DNA of 35,883 nucleotides from Bacteriovoracaceae bacterium. Lineage in GTDB: Bacteria; Bdellovibrionota; UBA2394. This document shows positions 25,365 to 34,953 of this stretch, piece by piece (the stretch's first letter is position 1; every line of letters begins with the position of its first letter). The stretch is from positions 1 through 35,883 of the forward strand of contig JBEIHI010000002.1 in assembly GCA_040381435.1 (NCBI GenBank), written 5' to 3'. The notes under the pieces are model-generated. The model was not told where the DNA came from. It made no database searches and saw nothing but the letters and a program-made list of their open reading frames with translations. The position numbers and the translations under genes were made by a program.

Positions 25365-26202
25365 CGGCAAAACAGTTTCTGCCTCTCGCCTTCAGAAACT
25401 CAAGGAGCTCGCCACTGAGGAATTCTCTGTGTCAAATCGCAGGCCGGGGCTCGCTGTTATTCGAGTCGGTGATGATCCAGCTTCTAAGATTTATGTCAGC
25501 CGCAAAGTAAGGGCTTGCCATGACGTAGGGTTCAACTCGTTTGAGTGTCTTCTCCCATCCCACGTATCTCAAGAAGAGCTCATCCAAAAAATCAAAGAGT
25601 TTAATGCTCGCTCCGACACTCATGGCATTCTTGTTCAACTGCCCCTTCCGAAACATATCCAGGAAGGCTCGGTCATCAGCAGCATCTCTCCTGAAAAGGA
25701 TGTCGATGGCTTCCACCCCATGAGCCTTGGAAAGCTCGTGGCGGGCGAACAAACCATGATTCCCTGCACGCCCCTCGGAATCATGACTCTACTCACTGAA
25801 TATGGAATCACAATGAAAGGTCGACGCGCGACCGTGATTGGCCGATCTCGAATTGTCGGGCGACCCATTAGCATTTTGCTCGATCAAGCCGGGGCTACCG
25901 TGACAGTCGTTCACTCTCAAACACCACATCCTGAGGCGCTTTGCCGAGAGGCCGATATCGTTGTGGCGGCCGCGGGCAAAGCGGGACTAGTCACAACAAA
26001 CTGGATCAAACCAGGGGCCGTTGTGATCGATGTAGGCATCAACCGCCTTGCCTCCGGAAAGATTGTGGGAGACGTGGACTTTGAAAACGTTGCCAAGCTC
26101 GCCTCTCATTTAACACCCGTTCCTGGTGGAGTCGGTCCCATGACTATTTGTAGCTTGCTTGAAAATACCTGGAAAAGTTTTAAGAATTCGTCATCGCACT
26201 GA
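25345..26202 (+). CDS. folD: Bifunctional methylenetetrahydrofolate dehydrogenase/cyclohydrolase
   Basis: The product is 285 aa and carries GDDPASKIYVSRK, LVQLPLP, EKDVDGFHP, VIGRSRIVGRP and PVPGGVGPMT, which are the FolD signatures. The start is either ATG 25345 or ATG 25351. Confidence 0.93.
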   Translation: MKMILLNGKTVSASRLQKLKELATEEFSVSNRRPGLAVIRVGDDPASKIYVSRKVRACHDVGFNSFECLLPSHVSQEELIQKIKEFNARSDTHGILVQLPLPKHIQEGSVISSISPEKDVDGFHPMSLGKLVAGEQTMIPCTPLGIMTLLTEYGITMKGRRATVIGRSRIVGRPISILLDQAGATVTVVHSQTPHPEALCREADIVVAAAGKAGLVTTNWIKPGAVVIDVGINRLASGKIVGDVDFENVAKLASHLTPVPGGVGPMTICSLLENTWKSFKNSSSH

Positions 26203-27169
26203 TGATCTTTCGATCGATCGTTGGCAGCAAGATGTCATTAATCTGCTTACGTGAAAGCCACTTCATTCGACGATCACGCAAAGACTTCTTCACTAGATAG
26301 ACCTCAAAGTCTCGGTCTGTGACTGAGTATTTGAACTTCTTTTCAAACTCTGTGGGAACCTCTCCATCAGAAAGAGCCTGAAAGGGCAGCCTCAAGAAAT
26401 CAGGAAACTTAGTGTCGGAACCTGTCGGCAAAAATCCTAATCGTCCATTTTTCTCACACCAAAAAACCAACTCAGAAATTTTTCGCCTCTTCACACGCTT
26501 AAACTTCCGAGGAATCCGATCGACAAGTCCATCGGAATGAGCCCTGCAGGTCTTTTGAAGTGGGCAATGAGAGCAGCTCGGCTGTCGAGGCTTACAAATC
26601 AAAGCTCCGAGCTCCATCATTCCTTCGGTAAACTCCCGAGAAAGTTGGGAGTCCTCAGGAACATGAGATTCGGCGATTTTCCAAAGCCGCTTGAGTACCT
26701 GCGGATCATCCACTGGGTCCTGGATTCCCTCATGACGAGCGTAGACGCGTATCAAATTTCCATCCAAAGCCGCCGTAGGAATTCTATGCGCTATCGAGAG
26801 GATCGCTCCCGCCGTGTAACGACCAATCCCAGGAACTTCCAAAATCTCAGCCAACAACTTGGGCATTTTCCCCTTAAAACTCTGCATGAGAAACTGTGCG
26901 CCTAATCTCAAATTCTTGGCCCTTCGGTAATAACCAAGCCCCTGCCAGGCCTTTAGAACTTCTGACTCCTTGGACTCAGCGAGAGCCTCAACCGAGGGAA
27001 ACTTCTCAAGAAATTTTTGATAAAAAGGAATCACCGTCGCAACCGTTGTTTGCTGCAACATCACCTCTGAGACCCAAATACGATAGGGATCGGAGGTTCC
27101 TCGCCATGGCAGATCCCTACGATTCTTTAGAAACCAATCAACGACGCGATCCGCAAGGGAGAGCTTCAT
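26180..27169 (-). CDS. mutY: A/G-specific adenine DNA glycosylase
   Basis: The product is 329 aa and carries LPWRGTSDPYRIWVSEVMLQQT, the HhH-GPD segment PGIGRYTAGAI and the 4Fe-4S Cys cluster CKPRQPSCSHCPLQKTC. Confidence 0.9.
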   Translation of the reverse strand: MKLSLADRVVDWFLKNRRDLPWRGTSDPYRIWVSEVMLQQTTVATVIPFYQKFLEKFPSVEALAESKESEVLKAWQGLGYYRRAKNLRLGAQFLMQSFKGKMPKLLAEILEVPGIGRYTAGAILSIAHRIPTAALDGNLIRVYARHEGIQDPVDDPQVLKRLWKIAESHVPEDSQLSREFTEGMMELGALICKPRQPSCSHCPLQKTCRAHSDGLVDRIPRKFKRVKRRKISELVFWCEKNGRLGFLPTGSDTKFPDFLRLPFQALSDGEVPTEFEKKFKYSVTDRDFEVYLVKKSLRDRRMKWLSRKQINDILLPTIDRKIISAMTNS

Positions 27170-28333
27170 TTAAAACGCTGACAGGCCGGTAATTTTTTCG
27201 CCAATGATCAACTTATGAACATCAAAAGTACCCTCATAGGTGTTCACGCTTTCGAGGTTACACATATGACGCATGCACTGATATTCATCGCTGACACCGT
27301 TGGCTCCGAGAATGTCGCGAGCAACGCGAGCGACATCCAGGGCCATTCCGACGTTGTTCATTTTACCCATCGAAATATGATGGGGCTTAATCTTTCCAGC
27401 TTGTTTCAAATCAGCCAGACGATGAGCCAATAGCTGAGCTTTGGTAATCTCCGTGACCATCCACACAAGTTTCGACTGAACCAACTGCTTTTGCGCAATA
27501 GGTGACCCAAACATTTCACGCTCAATCGAATAGTTGAGAGCTTCATGATAACAGGCCATGGCAGCACCCAAAGCCCCCCAAACGATTCCAAATCGAGCTG
27601 AGCTCAAGCAACTTAGGGCTGCCTTAAGACCCTTGGCATCTGGAAGAATACAATCTTCACCGATCTCACAATTCTCCATGATGAACTCAGACGTTACTGA
27701 GCATCTCAGAGACAGCTTGCCGGGAATATCTCTCGCAATGAAACCTTTGGTCTTTGTTGGAACCACGAATCCTTGAATTTCTCCATCCAGCTTCGCCCAC
27801 ACGATAGCAATATCAGCAATACTTCCGTTCGTGATCCAGCGCTTCGTACCATTCAGAACAAAGCCCTTTCCCTTTCGAACAGCAGTTGTGAGCATTCCCG
27901 ATGGATTGCTCCCGAAATCCGGCTCGGTCAGACCAAAACAGCCGATCACATCGCCCTTAGCCATTGCGGGAAGATACTTCTTTTTTTGCTCTTCGGTGCC
28001 AAAGGAATGAATAGGGTACATACAAAGAGACGACTGAACAGAAGCCAGCGATCTGAGCCCTGAATCTCCACGCTCCAGCTCCATCATGATGATTCCGTAT
28101 TCAGTGTGGCTCATTCCAGCGCATCCATAACCTTCAAGATTACATCCGAAAACTCCCAGCTCACCGAGCTCTGCAATCAGATGTCTTGGAAAGGTTCCTT
28201 CTTGATAGTGTTTAGCTACAATCGGCATGAACTTATCAGTCACAAATTTCCGAATGTTTTGACGGACGGCTAACTCTGAATCGTTGAACAACTCATCAGT
28301 ATTTAAAAAATTCACACTTTCGTAGGGTTTCAT
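27170..28333 (-). CDS. Acyl-CoA dehydrogenase, glutaryl-CoA dehydrogenase-like
   Basis: The product is 387 aa and carries CFGLTEPDFGSNPSGM, KRWITNGSIADIAIVWAK and YEGTFDVHKLIIG. This pattern matches GCDH-type ACADs. Confidence 0.85.
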   Translation of the reverse strand: MKPYESVNFLNTDELFNDSELAVRQNIRKFVTDKFMPIVAKHYQEGTFPRHLIAELGELGVFGCNLEGYGCAGMSHTEYGIIMMELERGDSGLRSLASVQSSLCMYPIHSFGTEEQKKKYLPAMAKGDVIGCFGLTEPDFGSNPSGMLTTAVRKGKGFVLNGTKRWITNGSIADIAIVWAKLDGEIQGFVVPTKTKGFIARDIPGKLSLRCSVTSEFIMENCEIGEDCILPDAKGLKAALSCLSSARFGIVWGALGAAMACYHEALNYSIEREMFGSPIAQKQLVQSKLVWMVTEITKAQLLAHRLADLKQAGKIKPHHISMGKMNNVGMALDVARVARDILGANGVSDEYQCMRHMCNLESVNTYEGTFDVHKLIIGEKITGLSAF

Positions 28334-29727
28334 CGCTGCTCCTCGCTATCTTCCGCGTGCGGAATTTCGGTGATTCGAACTTTCTCAATCTCCCCGTCTT
28401 TCACAGACAAAATAGAAAAAACATACTGTCGCCAAATAATAACAGTCTTAGGAGTCAAATGCTGGTGAGTGGCATAATGCTGCAAAAACCCATTCAATGT
28501 GGAGTACGACTCGGAGGTCTCGAGCTCGATCCCATACTTCGACTGCAAATCCACAATCAACTCGCCCCCATCCAGCTCGACTCCGGCACCAAACATGTCT
28601 ACTACGGGCTTTGAAACCTGATCATCGTGCTCGTCTTCGATCTCACCAAAGACCTCTTCCAAGATATCCTCGAGTGTAACGAGCCCCACGACATTGCCCC
28701 ATTCATCTTTCACGATGGCCAAATGAATACGGCTCGACTTCATGTCATTGAGAACGCGAGAAATCATCATTGCTTCAGAAACAAAGAAAGCGCGGCGCAG
28801 ACACGTTCGCAAACTAAAAGTCTGAATCGCTCGAAAGCTGCCATCCTGATTCATTCCCGCCCTCAAAATTCCAAAGAGATCCCGCGCGTGAAGAAAACCG
28901 ACGATCCGATCTAAGCTGCCGCTAAAAACCGGGTATCGCGAGTGATTCTCATGTCGAACGATATCAAGAACCTGCGGCAAATTGGCATCAATCGAAATCG
29001 ATGAGATTCGATCTCGCGGAATCATGATGTCTTTGACTCGGCGCTTAGAGAACTGAAACACCGACGACAAAATTTTAGTCTTATCCCGCTCAACACTGCC
29101 CTCTTTGGAGGCAAGCATCACCATGGCTTCAATATCGCCAGACTTTACTCCCTCGGATTTTTCCGACCGCAGCCCCACGGCTTTCATCAAGAGGGATAAC
29201 GAATTGGAAATGACGAAAGTCGCTGGATACAAAACATAATCAACAGCCAGGAGAATCCGACACGCGACCGGTCCCAGCTGAACCGCATAAATGCGAGCAA
29301 TCATCTTCGGAAGAATCTCGCCAAAAAGAAGCACAACAACAGCCAAAACAATTGTAACGGTGACCACACCCACATCAGGGTAGTTCTTTTCCATGTAATA
29401 GGCCGTCATCGTTGCCGTGGCCGTATCGCACAAAGTGTCGGCAACCAAAATGGTCGCTAAGATACGATTCGGGTGCTTCACCCAATCTTTCAGTGAAGAT
29501 TTGAAGAAGCCGCCTTGATCAATGAGCTGATCAATTTGAAACCGAGACAATGTAGTGAGCGCTGTTTCGACGCTGGCAAAGAACGTCGACAAAACAAACG
29601 ACACAACAATCGTTGAAAGCAAGAGAGCGTCGTAATCATCAGAAATCAAATTGGGTAATCCTTCTAACATCTCTCTTGGTAATCCGTCGGTCGATCGAGT
29701 ATAAAAGGGGCAATCTTGCCCAGTCAA
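28330..29727 (-). CDS. CNNM/DUF21-CBS-CorC_HlyC family membrane protein (TlyC/CorC-like)
   Basis: The N-terminal multi-TM DUF21 region reads ETALTTLS...GEILPK. A CBS pair follows (IMIPRDRI..., VVGLVTLEDILEEVFGEIEDEHD), then a C-terminal CorC/HlyC domain. The track start is TTG 29727, and ATG 29670 is also plausible. Confidence 0.85.
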   Translation of the reverse strand: MTGQDCPFYTRSTDGLPREMLEGLPNLISDDYDALLLSTIVVSFVLSTFFASVETALTTLSRFQIDQLIDQGGFFKSSLKDWVKHPNRILATILVADTLCDTATATMTAYYMEKNYPDVGVVTVTIVLAVVVLLFGEILPKMIARIYAVQLGPVACRILLAVDYVLYPATFVISNSLSLLMKAVGLRSEKSEGVKSGDIEAMVMLASKEGSVERDKTKILSSVFQFSKRRVKDIMIPRDRISSISIDANLPQVLDIVRHENHSRYPVFSGSLDRIVGFLHARDLFGILRAGMNQDGSFRAIQTFSLRTCLRRAFFVSEAMMISRVLNDMKSSRIHLAIVKDEWGNVVGLVTLEDILEEVFGEIEDEHDDQVSKPVVDMFGAGVELDGGELIVDLQSKYGIELETSESYSTLNGFLQHYATHQHLTPKTVIIWRQYVFSILSVKDGEIEKVRITEIPHAEDSEEQR

Positions 29728-29783
29728 ACTGAGTCAGACGGTTTTAAAGGTTTCGGACAAGACCTGATATTGGAGATAAGTGT

Positions 29784-30416
29784 TTGAAATTATTGAGTTT
29801 ATCTGAGTTGTCTTATGCTGTCTTCGATCTTGAAACGACAGGCCTCTATGCACACGAGGGCGATGAGATCATTGAGATTGGGGCGCTAGTCGTCGAAAAC
29901 GGGAGCATTCAGGAAAAAAACTTTCAAACCTTTGTTAATCCTCAAAAACCCATCCCCGCTGCCGCCTCTCAAGTCAGCGGGATTAAAGACTCGGATGTTG
30001 CCAAGGCGCCTACCATCGACAAAGTGATCGATTCATTTTTGGAGTTCATGGGCAACCGAATTTGGGTCGCTCAAAATGCAAAGTTCGACATGAGCTTTGT
30101 TTCCAAGAAGCTCATCGACCTGCAGCGACCACCTCGACAAAACGTGGTGCTCGATACTATGGGAATGTCGAAGATTTTGTTTCCTTATGAGACCTCTCAC
30201 AACCTCGATGTCATTATGGCACGTCTTGGAATCGCCAAAACAGGGGAACGACATCGGTCTCTGGACGACTCTCGCTACACAGCTCTTGCTCTGATTGAGT
30301 TCATCAAACTACTCGAGAAGCAAGGCGTAAAACATCTGACGGAGATTGAGTCGGCATTTATTAAAACTGACAACCTGCTCAAAAGTGCGAAGCCCAAAAC
30401 AAAATCTCTCTTTTGA
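29784..30416 (+). CDS. DnaQ-family 3'-5' exonuclease (DNA pol III epsilon-like)
   Basis: The product is 210 aa. Exo I is FDLETTGL, Exo II is WVAQNAKFDMSF and Exo III is HRSLDDSRYTA. The TTG start lies 8 nt after GGAG. Confidence 0.85.
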   Translation: MKLLSLSELSYAVFDLETTGLYAHEGDEIIEIGALVVENGSIQEKNFQTFVNPQKPIPAAASQVSGIKDSDVAKAPTIDKVIDSFLEFMGNRIWVAQNAKFDMSFVSKKLIDLQRPPRQNVVLDTMGMSKILFPYETSHNLDVIMARLGIAKTGERHRSLDDSRYTALALIEFIKLLEKQGVKHLTEIESAFIKTDNLLKSAKPKTKSLF

Positions 30417-30429
30417 TGAGAGCCCTGGG

Positions 30430-30975
30430 CTAGCGGGCCTTATCCCAGACGACATCAGGGACGTTCAACTTTGCATTGATCCATCGAGCAGCCACAAAGA
30501 GGTAATCTGAAAGCCTGTTAATATAGACAACTACCTCGGAGTTTCCTTTCTCCTGATGAAAATGAGCTACGATTCCTCGCTCAGCTCTTCGGCACACAGT
30601 CCGAGCAATATGAAGACGAGCAGAGGCCTCAGATCCGCCAGCCAAGATAAACTGCGTTAAAGGCTGCAGATCCTTTTCCATTTGATCGATCAACTTTTCT
30701 AAACGCTCGGCACGGTCCGACTTTACACGCTCAATCTTTGCTGAAGCATCAAGAGGTGTTGCTAGGTCAGCACAAACAACATGAAGATCGTGCTGAACCT
30801 GAAGAAGTTGATCTCTCAAACTCGGCTCAGCAATCGAGACCAAGCTCAACCCAATCCATGAGTTGAGCTCATCCACATTGCCATAGGCCTCTAGATAGCT
30901 TGAGTTCTTTAGGACCCGACGTCCCGTGAATAGCCCCGTCTCTCCTTCGTCTCCGGTTCGAGTATAGATTTTCAT
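30430..30975 (-). CDS. PduO-type ATP:cob(I)alamin adenosyltransferase
   Basis: The 181-aa product begins MKIYTRTGDEGETGL and contains the VDELNSWIG and CRRAER helices typical of the PduO/MMAB family. Confidence 0.9.
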   Translation of the reverse strand: MKIYTRTGDEGETGLFTGRRVLKNSSYLEAYGNVDELNSWIGLSLVSIAEPSLRDQLLQVQHDLHVVCADLATPLDASAKIERVKSDRAERLEKLIDQMEKDLQPLTQFILAGGSEASARLHIARTVCRRAERGIVAHFHQEKGNSEVVVYINRLSDYLFVAARWINAKLNVPDVVWDKAR

Positions 30976-30993
30976 CGTCTCTCCTTCATGGAT

Positions 30994-31941
30994 TTACACT
31001 CTGTATCTTGCGCTGACCTTGCGATGAAGAGCAACATCCAAGACTGATCTCATCAAGATCGTTCGCATCTCATCGCGGGAAACCTTTTGAGGTTGCCGCC
31101 AAAACACCTGCTTCTCAAGCTTGATCATCGTTTGCCAACCAATCGCAAGTGGCAACAATGAGGCATATCGCAATCGAAATGAGCCATACGGTATAGCGTC
31201 GCAAAAATTTGCTCCAATCTGCAACATGCCTCGAGTCTTCTGGATGTATGGTTCGACAAATGACCTCCATCCCACCTGCTCCCAAGGTGCCTTGACTAAG
31301 TCCAGTTGAGAAAAGAGAGAGCGAGGTAGATAAGCTCGACCTCTCTGCCAATCTTCCTGCACATCACGCAAAATATTGATTCGCTGCAAAGCCTTGCCAT
31401 ACTCCACCGCAAGAATCTCAAAACTAGAATCCAATTCGAAGGTCTGCACCCAGAAGCGCCCCACGCAACCTGCGATGCTCACGCAATACCAATCAAACGT
31501 CGCCTCATCACGACATCCCCACACAGCTGATGAGCTTGAAGACGACTGAAAAGTATTCAAATCCCATCGCATGGCCGAAAATAACGTCTTCAGAAGTTCA
31601 TCTGTGTGTAAATGGCTGCGCGAATCCAAGCGGCTATATAGCTCCAGCAAGTTTGTGGCGCTCAAAACAAGCTCGGCTTCACTGGCCAAGGCTGATCCCA
31701 CAGACCCATCAAATCTCCACACCTCTGGCTTCTTGGATAAAACAGCAGATTCCAAAGCCGCCAGCCACTTGAGCCGATCGGCAGTTGACCAGCGACCAGC
31801 ATCAGTCAGAGTATCTCCTAAGCGTGCAAGCAGATAGGCCAAACAAACCACCTCTCGCTTTGGCTTGGGAAGAACGAGCAGAGACAGCGAAAGCGATCGT
31901 GAAACAGAACGAACCAAGTTGGGATTCACCTCTAAACCCAT
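30994..31941 (-). CDS. Squalene/phytoene synthase family protein (HpnC/HpnD/CrtB-like), paralog A
   Basis: The first Asp motif region is YLLARLGDTLTD, the middle segment is SIAGCVGRFW and the second motif is LQRINILRDVQEDWQRGRAYLP. ATG 31941 is preferred. The track ORF extends to TTG 32025. Confidence 0.75.
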   Translation of the reverse strand: MGLEVNPNLVRSVSRSLSLSLLVLPKPKREVVCLAYLLARLGDTLTDAGRWSTADRLKWLAALESAVLSKKPEVWRFDGSVGSALASEAELVLSATNLLELYSRLDSRSHLHTDELLKTLFSAMRWDLNTFQSSSSSSAVWGCRDEATFDWYCVSIAGCVGRFWVQTFELDSSFEILAVEYGKALQRINILRDVQEDWQRGRAYLPRSLFSQLDLVKAPWEQVGWRSFVEPYIQKTRGMLQIGANFCDAIPYGSFRLRYASLLPLAIGWQTMIKLEKQVFWRQPQKVSRDEMRTILMRSVLDVALHRKVSARYRV

Positions 31942-32765
31942 TCGATCTTCAATTCTCACCCGACGAGTGGGCTCGAGGAAAGTCTCATTTTGAAAATGCC
32001 TTCGCCTTGATTTGGTCGAAATCAAAACGCCAAACTGTCAGTGATTTTTATGCCTTTTGCCGTCTCGTTGACGACATCGCCGATGACTCGTCGATCACTG
32101 CTGAGGCTCGAATCAATGTTCTCTCTGAGATCGAAAGCTGGATTCTCAACCGCCCCACGCTTGGCCATTCATACTGGGATCGATTGAAACACGAGGTCGA
32201 TCGGTCACACATTCCCCTAGATGTTTTGTTGAACGTGACCCGGGGAGTCACCCAAGACGTGAAGAAATCTCCACTCACCTTTCAATCGTGGAGCGACCTG
32301 GAGGATTATATTTTTCAGGTTGCCGGCTGTGTTGGCCTTGGAGTCCTTGCCATCTTTGGCACTCATGGCGAGCCCGCTCGAAACTACGCCATTCATTTGG
32401 GTCAATTCGTGCAATACATCAATATCATGCGAGACCTACAGGAGGATCTATCTCACAATAAAGTTTTCATACCGAAATCATTCCTCGTCGAAAAAGGCAT
32501 CGACACCTCAGAACTACGTCCACACGATTTAGCTCTTTGTCGCGAGGAGCTGTTTGCCCGAGCCATCAACGCTCGAATCCAAGCCGTTCCCTTTGAAAGC
32601 TCCTGCTTCATTCCTGAAATCATGGCATCTGTTTATCGAGAGGGCGCGCTTAAATACTGGAGATACGGATTTGCCCAACGCCTTTCAAGGACAGAAAAGA
32701 CAGTCACTATCCTGCAAACAGCACTTCAGTTTTGGCTCAACCGAAAGAGTCTAAGCGCCGAGTAA
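31785..32765 (+). CDS. Squalene/phytoene synthase family protein (HpnC/HpnD/CrtB-like), paralog B
   Basis: The canonical motifs are FYAFCRLVDDIADD, VAGCVGLGVL and QYINIMRDLQEDLSHNKVFIP. The start is uncertain. In-frame candidates are TTG 31785, GTG 31824, TTG 31860 and GTG 31899. Confidence 0.8.
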   Translation: MTSDQHQSEYLLSVQADRPNKPPLALAWEERAETAKAIVKQNEPSWDSPLNPFDLQFSPDEWARGKSHFENAFALIWSKSKRQTVSDFYAFCRLVDDIADDSSITAEARINVLSEIESWILNRPTLGHSYWDRLKHEVDRSHIPLDVLLNVTRGVTQDVKKSPLTFQSWSDLEDYIFQVAGCVGLGVLAIFGTHGEPARNYAIHLGQFVQYINIMRDLQEDLSHNKVFIPKSFLVEKGIDTSELRPHDLALCREELFARAINARIQAVPFESSCFIPEIMASVYREGALKYWRYGFAQRLSRTEKTVTILQTALQFWLNRKSLSAE

Positions 32766-33665
32766 TCGCTCTAAGCGCTTCACCATTCCCTCGGTATCAA
32801 ACTGATAATGACGATAGAGGTCCTCTGGAGTCCCCGACTCCCCAAAGCTCTCCACACCAATACGATGTAGTGCAGCTCGTCCTGGAGCTAGCGCCATGAT
32901 CTCAGCAACCGCGGATCCAAGGCCTCCGATGGAGTAGTGATCTTCGGCGGTCACAATCAAATCATAATTTTCAGCGAGATGCATGATGAGTCGCTCATCA
33001 ATGGGCTTCAAACTGCATGCATTCACAACAGTAAATTTCTTCCCCATCTTTTCATTCGCTTCTTTCAGTGAGTGAACCAAACCTCCGGATCCAATGAGGG
33101 CAACATCTTTGCCCTCGCAAATCGTCGTCCACTTGCCAGGCAAAAATTGATAATTTTTATCAAACAAGTTCGGAAGCTTCTGACGGGTCAATCGAATGTA
33201 GCAAGGCCCGTTGTCAGCGGCGGCAAAGCGAATGACCGCTCTAGTTTCGGCATCATCAGCCGGCTGATAGATAGACATATTGGGAAGCGAACGCAAGAGA
33301 GCGACGTCTTCCAGACCCATTTGAGAGTGACCATCCTCACCAATCGCAATTCCTGAATGAGTTCCAATGATTTTAACATTGGCTCGGTTGTATGAGACAG
33401 ACATTCGAATCTGATCAAATCGTCCTGTGATAAAACATCCAAAACTACAAGCAAATGGCGTCTTTCCGCTCATGGCAAGGCCTGCTGCGGTGCCAATCAT
33501 ATTGGCTTCGGCAATTCCCATCTCGAAAAAACGATCTGGAAATTTTTTTGCAAACTTATCCGTCTTTGTGGACTTACTCAGATCAGCATCTAATACAACA
33601 ATGCGAGGATCAGTCTCACCCAGTGCTGCCAGCTCTTCACCAAAACTATCTCGTGTTGCTTTCAC
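32751..33665 (-). CDS. Transketolase, C-terminal (pyrimidine-binding) subunit of a split transketolase
   Basis: The product is 304 aa with a GTG start. It carries DADLSKSTKT, FFEMGIAEANMIGTAAGLA, GEDGHSQMGLEDVALLR and a C-terminal transketolase_C fold. Confidence 0.92.
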   Translation of the reverse strand: MKATRDSFGEELAALGETDPRIVVLDADLSKSTKTDKFAKKFPDRFFEMGIAEANMIGTAAGLAMSGKTPFACSFGCFITGRFDQIRMSVSYNRANVKIIGTHSGIAIGEDGHSQMGLEDVALLRSLPNMSIYQPADDAETRAVIRFAAADNGPCYIRLTRQKLPNLFDKNYQFLPGKWTTICEGKDVALIGSGGLVHSLKEANEKMGKKFTVVNACSLKPIDERLIMHLAENYDLIVTAEDHYSIGGLGSAVAEIMALAPGRAALHRIGVESFGESGTPEDLYRHYQFDTEGMVKRLERLLGA

Positions 33666-34504
33666 TTTTGAAGCTCCTTTATCGCACGCGCCAACTCATC
33701 GTCGTTGGGGGCCACACCATGCCAATCAATGCCACCCTCCATAAAACTCACGCCCTTTCCTTTGATCGTGTGAGCCACGATCAATGTTGGCGAATCCTTT
33801 TTTGTTTTTTTGAGCGCCACCTTGAGATCATCACGATTGTGGCCATCGACCTCTACCGTGTTCCAGTTAAATGAACGCCATTTATCCATCAACGGCTCAA
33901 GATTCATCACGTCATCCGTGCGCCCATCGATTTGCCCGTGATTGTAATCAATGATCGCTGTCAGATTATCGAGCTTAAACTTGGGAGCACTCATCGCGGC
34001 CTCCCAAACTTGACCTTCTTGAATCTCTCCATCGCCCATCACACAATAAACGCGGTAGTCCTTGCGATCGACCTTTCCGGCCAAAGCAATACCCTGAGCA
34101 ATCGATAAGCCCTGCCCCAAAGAACCCGTCGCAGCTTCCACAGCAGGCATTCGAAATCGATCCGGATGCCCCTGCAGCGGGGATCCCAATTGGCGCAAAC
34201 TCATCAACCAATCCTTGGGGAAAAATCCAGACTCGGCCAAAACAGCATAGAGCGCGGGGACACCATGCCCTTTCGAAAGAATACAACGGTCGCGGTCTTC
34301 CCACTCAGGATTCTCAGGATCAAATCTCATCACGTCTCCAAACAGCGTCATGAGAATTTCCAAAACGGAAAAACTTCCACCGGGATGTCCGCTCTTTGCA
34401 GCATGAATCATCTGCAAAATCTTCACGCGCAACTGACGCGCAACCTCGTCATTATTTTTTAAGAGTGCCTTGAAATCAGACTTGCTCGTCGTTTGAGTTT
34501 TCAT
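33662..34504 (-). CDS. Transketolase, N-terminal (TPP-binding) subunit of a split transketolase
   Basis: The product carries SGHPGGSFS, LSKGHGVPALYA, GSLGQGLSIAQG and GDGEIQEGQVWEA. ATG 34504 has an AGGAG RBS and is preferred over the track GTG 34528. It overlaps the C-terminal subunit gene by 4 nt. Confidence 0.92.
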   Translation of the reverse strand: MKTQTTSKSDFKALLKNNDEVARQLRVKILQMIHAAKSGHPGGSFSVLEILMTLFGDVMRFDPENPEWEDRDRCILSKGHGVPALYAVLAESGFFPKDWLMSLRQLGSPLQGHPDRFRMPAVEAATGSLGQGLSIAQGIALAGKVDRKDYRVYCVMGDGEIQEGQVWEAAMSAPKFKLDNLTAIIDYNHGQIDGRTDDVMNLEPLMDKWRSFNWNTVEVDGHNRDDLKVALKKTKKDSPTLIVAHTIKGKGVSFMEGGIDWHGVAPNDDELARAIKELQK

Positions 34505-34530
34505 AGTCTCCTGTGCTAGCCTCCCCACTG

Positions 34531-34941
34531 ATGGCTAAGATTTTTAATTTGTTTTCCATCAAGGACGAGCCAGGCAAAGGCTTTTCGTTGGCCGAGGCCA
34601 ATCGGCTCGTTCCCCTGCTGCGAAAATATACGGAAGAAGCTATCAGGGAAACAGGGAAAATCAGTGCCCAGCTTGATTTCCACGACAAAGCCTCAGACCA
34701 GTACAAATGTCTATCGGCGGCCTATGATGATTCTGTCATGAAGTGGGCGGAAACCATGCATCGACTGGGCGGCCTGGCCAAAGGCCTTTGGACCGTCGAT
34801 TTTGACAACGGTCAGTACTATTTCTGCTGGACCTACCCTGAACGAAGAATTGAGCACTTTCATCAATACGATGAAACCTTTAAGGCTCGAAAGAAGCTAG
34901 ACAACTCAGCGGAGTCACCGGAGGCCAGCTCTTCGAGCTGA
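34531..34941 (+). CDS. DUF2203-like protein
   Basis: From ATG 34531 the product reads MAKIFNLFSIKDEPGKGFSLAEANRLVPLLRK...GLWTVDFDNGQYYFCWTYPERRIEHFH. This resembles the DUF2203 pattern as I recall it from memory (FTLEEAN..LP...LVDF....YLCW..GE..I..WH). Confidence 0.6.
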   Translation: MAKIFNLFSIKDEPGKGFSLAEANRLVPLLRKYTEEAIRETGKISAQLDFHDKASDQYKCLSAAYDDSVMKWAETMHRLGGLAKGLWTVDFDNGQYYFCWTYPERRIEHFHQYDETFKARKKLDNSAESPEASSSS

Positions 34942-34953
34942 GCACCTAAAAAC

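Noticed and set aside
26180-26202. Convergent 3' overlaps, considered as antisense regulatory devices: folD/mutY (23 nt) and synthase B/transketolase-C (32751-32765, 15 nt).
   Set aside because: They are short tail-to-tail overlaps without hairpins, consistent with the generally compact gene packing here. Nothing specific points to regulation.
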